A stretch of 64,000 nucleotides of DNA from the NCBI GenBank assembly GCA_947450895.1, contig CANFWT010000006.1, forward strand, positions 11,048-75,047. The letters are read 5' to 3'. The number at the start of each line of letters is the position of its first letter. The stretch's first letter is position 1. Of this stretch, positions 21,302 to 29,739 are shown in pieces. Under the pieces are notes generated by a model. The model ran no database searches. It was given only the letters and a program-made list of their open reading frames with translations, and was not told the DNA's origin. The DNA is from Comamonadaceae bacterium (GTDB taxonomy: Bacteria; Pseudomonadota; Gammaproteobacteria; Burkholderiales; Burkholderiaceae_C). A program made the translations under genes and the position numbers.

Positions 21302-22492
21302 GTGACAATGCCCGCCATGCAAAAAAAGATACTGGTCGTCGGTGGCGGCATTGGCGGCCTGGCATTGGCGCTGGCCTGTGCACGCCGGGGCATGCCGGCA
21401 CAGTTGATCGAGAAAAAAGCGGTATTTTCCGAGGTGGGTGCGGGCGTGCAACTCAGCCCCAATGTGGTTCGCCTTTTGGAGGGCTGGGGTCTGGGGCGGC
21501 GCCTGGACGCGCTGGCCTGCTTTCCGGCGCTGCTGCAAGTGCGCAGCGCGCAGTCCGCGGCGCTGCTGGGGCAACTGGCGCTGGGCGCTCGCGCCGTACA
21601 GCGCTATGGCGCGCGCTACGCCACCATCGCCCGCGCTGATTTGCACCAGCTGCTGCTCGACGCCGTCCAGGCCCAAGGCCGTACCCAGCTGCTGCTGGAC
21701 AACGCTTTGCAGCTCATCAGCCAAGACGCCAACGCGGTGCAAGTGACCACCGCCGACGGCCACCAGCGCCGCGCCAGCGTGGTCATTGGTGCCGACGGCT
21801 TGTGGAGCCATGTGCGCGACTTTGTGCGCACCGACGCGCAGCCCCGTTTCAGCGGCTACCTGGCCTACCGCGCCATGGTGCCGCAAGCGGCGCTGCCCCA
21901 GGCCTTGCGCAGTGAGGTCATCACCGCCTGGCTGGGGCCGAAGTTCCATGCGGTGCAGTACCCGGTGCATGGCGGCGAGTGGCTCAACGTGGTGGTGATC
22001 GTGCAGGGCGAGGCGCCCCAAGACCTGCACCACTGGGACCATGCGGCCAATACCCAGGACCTGCAGGTCCACCTGCAAGGTGCCGCCGGGGCGCTGCAAG
22101 ACCTGGTGGGCGCTGTCACCGCCTGGCGGCTGTGGCCGCTCAACGGTTTGCCGCACCTGCGCAGCGCCAAAGAGCTGGCCTTTGGCCGCATCGCCCTGAT
22201 GGGCGATGCCGGTCACCCCATGCTGCCGTTTTTAGCCCAAGGCGCGGGCATGACCATTGAAGACGCCGCCAGTCTGGCATCCGTGTTGTCTACTCCCGCC
22301 TTGGGTGATGTGGCCGCCCTGGAGCGCTACGCCCAAGCCCGCTGGCGCCGCAACGCCCGGGTGCAGGCGCGCGCCCAGCGCAACGGCACCATCTTTCACG
22401 CTGCGGGTTTGCAAGCCTGGGGTCGTGATGTGGGCATGCGCCTGCTGGGCCAGCGCCTGCTGGATGTGCCTTGGCTGTATGCAGCGCCATAG
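21302..22492 (+). CDS. FAD-dependent monooxygenase (salicylate/3-hydroxybenzoate hydroxylase-like)
   Basis: VVGGGIGGL, VIGADGLWS (DG motif), LMGDAGHPMLPFLAQGA (GD motif). Confidence 0.9.
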   Translation: MTMPAMQKKILVVGGGIGGLALALACARRGMPAQLIEKKAVFSEVGAGVQLSPNVVRLLEGWGLGRRLDALACFPALLQVRSAQSAALLGQLALGARAVQRYGARYATIARADLHQLLLDAVQAQGRTQLLLDNALQLISQDANAVQVTTADGHQRRASVVIGADGLWSHVRDFVRTDAQPRFSGYLAYRAMVPQAALPQALRSEVITAWLGPKFHAVQYPVHGGEWLNVVVIVQGEAPQDLHHWDHAANTQDLQVHLQGAAGALQDLVGAVTAWRLWPLNGLPHLRSAKELAFGRIALMGDAGHPMLPFLAQGAGMTIEDAASLASVLSTPALGDVAALERYAQARWRRNARVQARAQRNGTIFHAAGLQAWGRDVGMRLLGQRLLDVPWLYAAP

Positions 22493-22579
22493 TGGGACAC
22501 CGCCCAGCATGTTGCCAACCGGGTCCAAAGTCAGGAGGGAGATGGATGTGATCCACCCTGCCCACATTTGCGCCACCCC

Positions 22580-23488
22580 ATGAACCACCATCCCTCCAAG
22601 GGCATTTTTTACCTGTGCCTGGGGGTGCTGGTGTTTTCGCTGCAAGACGCCATCGTCAAATACGTCAGCGCGGGCTATCCCCTGACCGAAGTGGTGTTCG
22701 TCCGCTCCTGCGTGGCCGGGCCGATTTTGTTGCTGTTGGTGCAGCGCGTGCAGGGCTGGCGCGCGATTTTTGCCGCCCGGCTGGGGATGCTCACGCTGCG
22801 CGCCTTCATCATGCTGGGTGCCTACACGGCGTATTACATGGCCTTCCCGGCGCTGCCGCTGGCCGATGCGGTGGCGCTGTATTTCACCGTGCCATTGTTC
22901 GTGACAGCCCTGGCCGCCCCCGTGCTGGGCGAGCATGCGGGCTGGCGCGTATGGGCAGCGGTGCTGCTGGGCTTTGGTGGGGTGATGGTGATGCTGCAGC
23001 CCGGCAGCGGGCTGTTTGAGCCCGCTGCGCTCTTGTCCTTGTTGGCCGCGGCCCTGTACGCGCTGGCCATGCTGATGGCCCGCAAGCTGGGCCAAAGCGT
23101 GTCGGCGGCGGTCATGGCTTTCTTCCAGAACGCATTTTTCTTGATCGGCGCGGGTGTGGCCGCACTGCTTTTGCACTGGCTCGGTCCGGTGCAGGCCACG
23201 CACCCAAGTTTGTCGTTTTTGGTACGGCCTTGGGTGGCACTGCCCCTCTACGACGGCTTGTTGATAGCGCTGTGCGGCGTGGTGGCCGCCATGGGCACGC
23301 TGCTGCTGACCAGTGCCTACCGCGTGGCGCGCGCCAGCGTGGTCGCGCCTTTCGAATACACCGGCATCTTGTGGGCGCCGTGGTGGGGATTTTTGTTCTT
23401 TAGCGAGGTGCCGCGCGCCACGACTGTGGCCGGCGCGGCGGTGATCGTGGTGGCGGGCTTGCTGGCGCTGCGCATGGCCAAGCACTGA
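22580..23488 (+). CDS. DMT/EamA family transporter
   Basis: 10 TM, two EamA repeats, VVAPFEYT. Confidence 0.88.
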   Translation: MNHHPSKGIFYLCLGVLVFSLQDAIVKYVSAGYPLTEVVFVRSCVAGPILLLLVQRVQGWRAIFAARLGMLTLRAFIMLGAYTAYYMAFPALPLADAVALYFTVPLFVTALAAPVLGEHAGWRVWAAVLLGFGGVMVMLQPGSGLFEPAALLSLLAAALYALAMLMARKLGQSVSAAVMAFFQNAFFLIGAGVAALLLHWLGPVQATHPSLSFLVRPWVALPLYDGLLIALCGVVAAMGTLLLTSAYRVARASVVAPFEYTGILWAPWWGFLFFSEVPRATTVAGAAVIVVAGLLALRMAKH

Positions 23489-23560
23489 GCGCGGAACCAT
23501 AGGGGTGGGTTGGACTGATTTTTTGGTTTTTGCTACATTTAACGAAATTTAACGCGTTTT

Positions 23561-24088
23561 TTGCCTTTGGCGAACGCACCGAAAGTTTCGTTGAAACCCA
23601 ATATTCCCTCGGCCATTGCCGTCTTGTTTTGTGTGGGCGCGCTGGCGGGCGACTTGCCCGATAGGCGCATGACGCCGGGTGCCCTGAACCCGGATGTGCG
23701 CCAAGACAATATCGCATCCACGGTGTGTGTCAGAGGCTTCACCAAGACCATACGCCCGCCGGCCTATGTGACCAACAAGCTCAAACGCCAGCAAATTGCC
23801 GACTACGGCTACGCCAACGCAGACCCCCGGGACTATGAAGAGGACCATCTGGTGGCCTTGTCCATCGGCGGCGCGCCGGCAGATGCGCGCAACCTGTGGC
23901 CGCAGCCCCGCAAAAGCCAATGGAGTGCCGCCAAGAAAGACCAGTTGGAATCTGTGCTTTACAAAATGGTGTGCGCCCACGAGATTTCTTTGGAGCAAGC
24001 GCAGCTGGCCATGGCCACCGACTGGATTGCGGCCTGGAAGACCTACGTCCACACCGGCACAACACTGCGCCTGCACGCGGTGGATTGA
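23561..24088 (+). CDS. Secreted hypothetical protein with HNH-like motif
   Basis: Hydrophobic leader; TPGA.NP; YEEDHLVALSIGG...NLWPQ. Confidence 0.55.
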   Translation: MPLANAPKVSLKPNIPSAIAVLFCVGALAGDLPDRRMTPGALNPDVRQDNIASTVCVRGFTKTIRPPAYVTNKLKRQQIADYGYANADPRDYEEDHLVALSIGGAPADARNLWPQPRKSQWSAAKKDQLESVLYKMVCAHEISLEQAQLAMATDWIAAWKTYVHTGTTLRLHAVD

Positions 24089-24156
24089 GCGCCGCAGGGC
24101 GGACTTTGGCCTGCGCGGGCGCTGCGCCTGTGGGCCGCACTGCTAAGCTAGGGCGC

Positions 24157-25368
24157 ATGGAAAACCCTGATTCGTCCGCCCTGTTTGCGCAGGCGCCTTT
24201 CGTGCGCTTTTGGCTGGCGCGCCTGAGCGGCATGCTGGCCAACCAAATGCTGATGCTGGCCGTGGCCTGGCAAATGTATGACCTGACCTCCAGCGCCTGG
24301 GACTTGGGGCTGGTGGGCTTGTTCCAGTTTGTGCCGGCGCTGCTGATGACCTTGCCCGCAGGCCATCTGGCTGACCGCTTGCACCGCGGGCGCATTTTTG
24401 CGGCCTGCATGCTGGCGCAGGCGCTGGTGGCCGCCTTGCTTGTGGTCAGCACGCAGGGCGACTGGACTACGCGGGGCCTGATTCTGGGTTTGTCGGTGGT
24501 TTTGGGCATGGCACGCGCGTTTCAAATGCCCGCGCAGCAAGCGCTCACCCCCTTGCTGGTGCCTGCGGCCTTGTTGCAACGCGCTATTTCTGTGAGCTCG
24601 GTGGGCATGCAAATGGCCATTGTGGGTGGGCCAGCGCTGGGCGGCGTGCTGTACGGCGCGGGCGCCAGCACGGTCTACGGCGCCTGTTTGGCGCTGTCCG
24701 TCGTGGCCGCCGCGTTTACCCTGACGGTGCATTACCGCCATGTGCCGGCCCAACGCGCGGCTACGCTGGCCTCGGTGTTTGCCGGGGTGGCTTTTGTCTG
24801 GCGGCGCCAGGTGTTGCTGGGCGCCATGTCGCTCGATTTGTTTGCGGTGCTGCTGGGCGGCGCCACGGCTTTGCTGCCCATTTACGCCCGCGACATTTTG
24901 CATACTGGCCCGCAAGGCCTGGGTCTGCTGCGCGCCGCGCCCGCCGTTGGCGCTTTGCTGATGACGCTGCTGCTGGTGCGCTTTCCGCTGCAGCGCCACG
25001 CAGGCCACAAATTGCTGGGCGCGGTCGCCGTGTTTGGCCTGGCCACGCTGGTGTTTGGCTTGTCGGACCACTTCGCCCTGTCCATGCTGGCGCTGGTGGT
25101 CACGGGTGCCGCCGACAGCATCAGCGTGGTGACACGCCTGACGCTGACGCAACTCGACACGCCCGACGATATGCGTGGCCGCGTGTCCGCGGTGAACTCG
25201 ATTTTTATCGGCGCGTCCAACCAGCTCGGCGAATTTGAGTCTGGCGCCACTGCCGCGCTGCTTGGGCCGGTGGGCTCGGTGGTGCTGGGCGGCGTGGGCA
25301 CGGTGCTGGTTGCGCTGGCCTGGCTCAAGCTTTTTCCTGACCTGGCCCGACGCGACCGTTTGTCTTAA
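24157..25368 (+). CDS. MFS transporter (MFS_3/EntS-like)
   Basis: 12 TM; GHLADRLHRGR loop motif. Confidence 0.88.
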   Translation: MENPDSSALFAQAPFVRFWLARLSGMLANQMLMLAVAWQMYDLTSSAWDLGLVGLFQFVPALLMTLPAGHLADRLHRGRIFAACMLAQALVAALLVVSTQGDWTTRGLILGLSVVLGMARAFQMPAQQALTPLLVPAALLQRAISVSSVGMQMAIVGGPALGGVLYGAGASTVYGACLALSVVAAAFTLTVHYRHVPAQRAATLASVFAGVAFVWRRQVLLGAMSLDLFAVLLGGATALLPIYARDILHTGPQGLGLLRAAPAVGALLMTLLLVRFPLQRHAGHKLLGAVAVFGLATLVFGLSDHFALSMLALVVTGAADSISVVTRLTLTQLDTPDDMRGRVSAVNSIFIGASNQLGEFESGATAALLGPVGSVVLGGVGTVLVALAWLKLFPDLARRDRLS

Positions 25369-25391
25369 ACCCTTGGACCCATTTCATTGCC

Positions 25392-26207
25392 ATGAAAACT
25401 GTGATGCGAACCACTTGCGCACTCGCGTGCGCCCTTGCTGTTTGCGGCCAAGCCGCCCTTGCCCAGTTGGCGAGCCCCGCCACGTTCGAACCCTTGCTGT
25501 CTGGCGCACATCGCTCGCCGGGCAACGTGGCGCGCGACCCCTACCGCCATCCGGCGCAGACGCTGGCGTTTTTTGGCATTCGCGACAACAGCACGGTGGT
25601 GGAAATATTGCCGGGCAGCGGCGGCTACTACATGGAGCTACTGGCCCCGTGGCTCAGGGACAAGGGCCTGTACATCGCAGCCAACCGCGACGGTTCTCAG
25701 CCGCAGTACCTGTCTGACCACCAAAAGCTCTTAAAGCGCCTCCAAGACGAACCGGCCTTGTACGGCAAGGTCGTCGTCACCGAGTTTCGCGCCGACCACC
25801 ACGCCATTGCGCCCCCAGGCAGCGCGGACGTGGTGATCAGCTTTCGCAACCTGCACAACTGGATGGACCAGAACGAGCTCGAGCCCTCGCTCAAGGCGTT
25901 TTACCTGGCTTTGAAGCCCGGTGGCGTGTTGGGCATCGTGGACCACCGCGGGCGCACCGACCAATCCCAGGCCCAGCAGACCGCCAGCGGCTATGTGCGC
26001 CAGGACGTGGCCATTGCACTGATCGAGCAGGCCGGCTTCAAGCTCGACGCCACCTCCGAGGTCAACGCCAACCCCAAAGACACCAAGGATTACCCCGAAG
26101 GCGTCTGGACCCTGCCGCCAAGCTACCGCATGAAAGACGTGGACCGCGAAAAATACCGCGCCATCGGCGAAAGCGACCGATTTACCCTGCGTTTTGTAAA
26201 ACACTAG
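25392..26207 (+). CDS. Signal-peptide-bearing class I SAM methyltransferase (COG4798-like)
   Basis: RDPYRHPAQTL.FFG, VVEILPGSGGYY, FRNLHNW, LKPGG.LGIVDH, ESDRFTLRF. Confidence 0.8.
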   Translation: MKTVMRTTCALACALAVCGQAALAQLASPATFEPLLSGAHRSPGNVARDPYRHPAQTLAFFGIRDNSTVVEILPGSGGYYMELLAPWLRDKGLYIAANRDGSQPQYLSDHQKLLKRLQDEPALYGKVVVTEFRADHHAIAPPGSADVVISFRNLHNWMDQNELEPSLKAFYLALKPGGVLGIVDHRGRTDQSQAQQTASGYVRQDVAIALIEQAGFKLDATSEVNANPKDTKDYPEGVWTLPPSYRMKDVDREKYRAIGESDRFTLRFVKH

Positions 26208-26286
26208 GCATATTACAAGCCCCGCAGATTCGGACGTGCTGTTGCAACTGTCCCCTCTAACCTTCTATCTACCAAGGAGTATCCCT

Positions 26287-26565
26287 ATGAAAGCCGTTTG
26301 GAAGAACACCGTCATTGCCGAGAGCGACGACACCGTCATGGTCGAGGGCAACCACTATTTCCCCGAGTCCTCGCTCAAGCGCGAGTACATCAGCTTTAGC
26401 AACCACAAAACCAGTTGCCCCTGGAAAGGCCAGGCCAGCTACTACTCCATCAACGTCAATGGCGACCTGAACCCTGACGCCGCCTGGTACTACGCCGAGC
26501 CCAAAGAGGCCGCTGCCAACATCAAAGGCCGGGTCGCGTTTTGGAAGGGTGTGCAGGTCAGCTGA
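26287..26565 (+). CDS. DUF427 domain-containing protein
   Basis: VEGNHYFP, TSCPWKGQASYY, AAWYY, IKGRVAFW. Confidence 0.92.
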   Translation: MKAVWKNTVIAESDDTVMVEGNHYFPESSLKREYISFSNHKTSCPWKGQASYYSINVNGDLNPDAAWYYAEPKEAAANIKGRVAFWKGVQVS

Positions 26566-26600
26566 CCCGCAGCGCTGCTTGGCTGCTGCAGGCGCCAGCC

Positions 26601-27404
26601 CTATGCCGCCAGCAGTACCGGAAAGCTCTCTGAGTCCATCGCCGCGCCGTTGTCCGGCCCGCCACTTGGCGGCGGAGGTGGCGACATAAAGCCGCTGCGC
26701 AGCACAAAGCGCGCGTCGGCGCCGGTAAAGCGCGCCGAGAACGCGCGCCTGCGGTGGGTGCTGGCGTTTTCGGGTGAACCGTGCACCGTCAGGCCGTGAA
26801 AGGCCACGCAGTCCCCAACGTCTAGCGCCCACTGCAGCACTTGGTGTTGGGCGCGTTCGGCCTCGAAGTCGGGCGGCGTCTCAAAGCGGCTGTCTTGCGC
26901 GCTCGCGTGCGCCTTTTGGTCCACAAAGCGCGCGGGTGTAAACCAACGGCCCCAGGCGTGGGAGCCTGCAATGAATTCAATCGACGTGTCTTTTGCCACC
27001 GGGTCCAGCGGAATCCACAGGCTCACGATGTCCTGGCCGTCAATGGGGTAGTAGGGCTGGTCATGGTGCCAGGGCGTACGCTCTTTGGTGCCGGGCTCTT
27101 TCACCAAGACGTGCTCGTGGTAGAGGTTGACCTTGGGCGAGCCCATCAGTTCAGAGGCCAAATGCTTGGCCGGGGACTCAAAAAAGAAGTCGCGGTAAGC
27201 GTCGATGCGCTGCCAGTTGCAATAGTCGCCAAAGAACATGCCCGGGTTGCCTTCGGGGGTGTAGCGCTTGGCGTAGGGGCCGGGCTGGCTGAGGTTTTCT
27301 TCTACCCCCTCGCGCAAGCGGGCGATCCACTCGGCGCTGATGACATTGCGCAGCGGCACGGCGCCGTCGCGTTGGTAGTCGGCGATGGTTTGGGAGTCAA
27401 GCAT
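26601..27404 (-). CDS. PhyH-family Fe(II)/2-oxoglutarate dioxygenase
   Basis: TPWHHDQPY (HxD), VSLWIPLD, FHGLTVHG, RRRA; AAGGA RBS before ATG 27404. Confidence 0.88.
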   Translation of the reverse strand: MLDSQTIADYQRDGAVPLRNVISAEWIARLREGVEENLSQPGPYAKRYTPEGNPGMFFGDYCNWQRIDAYRDFFFESPAKHLASELMGSPKVNLYHEHVLVKEPGTKERTPWHHDQPYYPIDGQDIVSLWIPLDPVAKDTSIEFIAGSHAWGRWFTPARFVDQKAHASAQDSRFETPPDFEAERAQHQVLQWALDVGDCVAFHGLTVHGSPENASTHRRRAFSARFTGADARFVLRSGFMSPPPPPSGGPDNGAAMDSESFPVLLAA

Positions 27405-27450
27405 GGGCGAGGTCCTTGGGGCGTCGGCAGGGGTGTGGGGCGGGTGTTTT

Positions 27451-27471
27451 AGTTGTATAGACAACTATACT
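27451..27471 (+). promoter_or_regulatory. HutC operator plus TATACT -10 element (copy 1)
   Basis: AGTTGTATAGACAACTATACT; dyad TTGTATAGACAA matches the known HutC box; exact reverse complement of 37665-37685. Confidence 0.85.
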
Positions 27472-27536
27472 TTAAGCCACTGGCTTTGTTCAGTGGCGCG
27501 CCGGGCCACAATCGGCTTTTCACAGGAGAGTCCACC

Positions 27537-28607
27537 ATGTTTTTGCGCAACACCTGGTACATCGCCGCCTGGGACCGTGAGCTGGCCCAAGCGCCCTTGG
27601 CAGTGCGTGTGTTGGGTGAAGACATTGTGTTGTACCGCAAGGCGGACGGTAGCGCCGCCGCCCTGGAAGACGCCTGCCCGCACCGCAAGCTGCCGCTGTC
27701 CATGGGCCGCATTCAGGGCGACTACTTGGAGTGCGGCTACCACGGCCTGACCTTTGACTGTGCGGGCACCTGCGTCAAGGTGCCGGGCGCAGACCGCATT
27801 CCTGAGGCGGCGCGGGTGCGCGCGTACCCGCTGGAACTGCGCTACGGCCTGTTGTGGATCTGGATGGGTGCGCCTGAGCGCGCCGACCCGGCCACCATCC
27901 ACCAGATTCCCCACTGGGACGACCCCGCCTGGGGCTGCAACCAGGGCGAGGCCATCGACATGGCCTGCAACTACCTGCATATCACCGACAACCTGCTGGA
28001 CCCCTCGCACGTGTCCTGGGTGCACCAAAGCTCGTTTGGCAGCGCCGCCTGCGAGGACACGCCGCTGGACACCGCAGTGGCCGCCAACGGCGTGACGGTG
28101 TCGCGCTGGATGCGCGACGTGGAGCCCGCGCCGTTTTATGTGCCGTTCTTGAAGTTCAAAGGCCACTGCGACCGAAAGCAGCAGTACGAGGTGCGCTTTC
28201 CCAGCCACGCCTACATCAAGGCCATCTTTGTGCCCGCAGGCACGGGCGGCGACGACCAGCCGCTGCACCCGGACGGCTTCATCATGGACAGCTACAACTT
28301 CATGACGCCAGTGGACGCCACGCACACGCGCTACTACTGGTTCCAAATGCGCAACTTTGCGCCGGGCGACGCCGAGGTGTCGCGCCAGTTCACCGAGTCG
28401 GTGCGCTTTGCTTTTGGCGAGGACAAGCGGATTTTGGAGGCGGTGCAAAAAGGCATAGACCAAGCCCGCGTGCCGCCCATGGGCCTGAAGATTGACCTCG
28501 GCCCGGCGCGCTTTCGCCGCGCCATGGCGCAATTGATTGCCGACGAACAAGCGCTGGCCCCGGCCACAGCGCGCACCATTGCCATCCACCCGGAGACTGC
28601 CGCATGA
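27537..28607 (+). CDS. Rieske non-heme iron oxygenase alpha subunit (VanA/demethylase-like)
   Basis: CPH-x16-CGYH Rieske ligands; DNLLDPSHVSWVH and ED Fe triad; RBS AGGAGAG. Confidence 0.92.
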   Translation: MFLRNTWYIAAWDRELAQAPLAVRVLGEDIVLYRKADGSAAALEDACPHRKLPLSMGRIQGDYLECGYHGLTFDCAGTCVKVPGADRIPEAARVRAYPLELRYGLLWIWMGAPERADPATIHQIPHWDDPAWGCNQGEAIDMACNYLHITDNLLDPSHVSWVHQSSFGSAACEDTPLDTAVAANGVTVSRWMRDVEPAPFYVPFLKFKGHCDRKQQYEVRFPSHAYIKAIFVPAGTGGDDQPLHPDGFIMDSYNFMTPVDATHTRYYWFQMRNFAPGDAEVSRQFTESVRFAFGEDKRILEAVQKGIDQARVPPMGLKIDLGPARFRRAMAQLIADEQALAPATARTIAIHPETAA

Positions 28608-29722
28608 GCGCCACCCCCCACGGCCTGACTTTCAACCCGCATGTGGCGGCGCTGCCGCCCTACAACGCGGGCACCAACGTGGACATTGCCCGAGACGCCT
28701 CGGGCCGCCACGACATTGCCCGCCTGGCCAGCAACGAAAACCCCGAGGGCTGCTCGCCCACAGTGATGCAGGCGCTGGCCTCTGCGGCGTTTGAGCCCTG
28801 GCGCTACGCCGACCCGGCCTGCACCGCCTTGCGCGCGGCGCTCGCTAAGCGCCTGGGTGTGGACGCGGCGCAGATCGTGGTGGGCAATGGCTCGGAAGAA
28901 ATGATTGCCGCGGTCTCGCGCGCGCTGTTGCTGCCCGGCAGCCAGGCGCTGACGGTGGTCCCCAGCTTTGGCCTGCATGAGATTGAGCCGCTGGCGCTGG
29001 GCGCCACCGTTACCAAGCTGCCCATGACCGCAGACTTTGGTTTTGACCTGGTCGCGATCGAGCGCGCCATGGCCAGCGCGCCGCGCATCGTGTTTTTGTC
29101 CTCGCCCTGGAACCCGGTGGGTCCCGCGCTCAGTGCCGCCGATTTGCAGCGCGTCATCGCTGCGGTGCGCCCCGGCAGCCTGCTGGTGCTCGACGAGGCG
29201 TATTTTGAATACGCCGACCCGGGCAGCGTGGACGGCCTGGAGGCGCTCAAGGCCAGTGGCCTGCCCTTTGTGGTGCTGCGCACTTTTTCCAAAGCCTATG
29301 GCTTGGCGGGCCTGCGCGTGGGCTACGCCGTGTGCTCGCACCCCGAGATTGCGCGTGTCATGGCCTCGGCCAAAACGCCGTTCAACGTCAACGCCGCGGC
29401 CCAACTCGCCGCCTTGGCCGCGCTCGACGACGAAGCCTGGATGCACGCCTCGGTGGCGCGTCTGCGCACCGAGCGCATGCGCGTGGCCGCTGCCCTCAAG
29501 GCGCTGGGCCTGCGCGTGGCCGATTCGCAAACCAATTTCTTGTTTTTCGAGTGCCGCAGCGACAGCGCAGAACAAGCCGCTGCGCTCCTGCGCCAGGGCA
29601 TCATCGTCAAGGCCTGGCGCGAGGCGGGCTATGAGCGTTTTATGCGCGCCACCATTGGCAGCGCGCCGGACAACGACCGCTTGTTGTCGGCGCTGGCAGC
29701 GCTCAACCCCGCCGCAATCTGA
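28604..29722 (+). CDS. HisC-like class II PLP aminotransferase
   Basis: LASNENP, GNGSEE, LDEAY, RTFSKAYGLAGLRVGY. Confidence 0.9.
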   Translation: MSATPHGLTFNPHVAALPPYNAGTNVDIARDASGRHDIARLASNENPEGCSPTVMQALASAAFEPWRYADPACTALRAALAKRLGVDAAQIVVGNGSEEMIAAVSRALLLPGSQALTVVPSFGLHEIEPLALGATVTKLPMTADFGFDLVAIERAMASAPRIVFLSSPWNPVGPALSAADLQRVIAAVRPGSLLVLDEAYFEYADPGSVDGLEALKASGLPFVVLRTFSKAYGLAGLRVGYAVCSHPEIARVMASAKTPFNVNAAAQLAALAALDDEAWMHASVARLRTERMRVAAALKALGLRVADSQTNFLFFECRSDSAEQAAALLRQGIIVKAWREAGYERFMRATIGSAPDNDRLLSALAALNPAAI

Positions 29723-29739
29723 CCGCAAAGGAAGCCCGG

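Noticed and set aside
19637-22216. 859-aa antisense ORF, and similar long ORFs (37687-40197, 28334-30145, 34267-36051, 35780-37585, 50662-52251)
   Set aside because: Shadow frames of well-supported genes in high-GC DNA; no motifs, low-complexity Ala/Arg/Gly composition
28604-29722. Calling this gene biosynthetic hisC
   Set aside because: No other his biosynthesis genes nearby, and it sits in a HutC-boxed catabolic context, so the symbol was withheld
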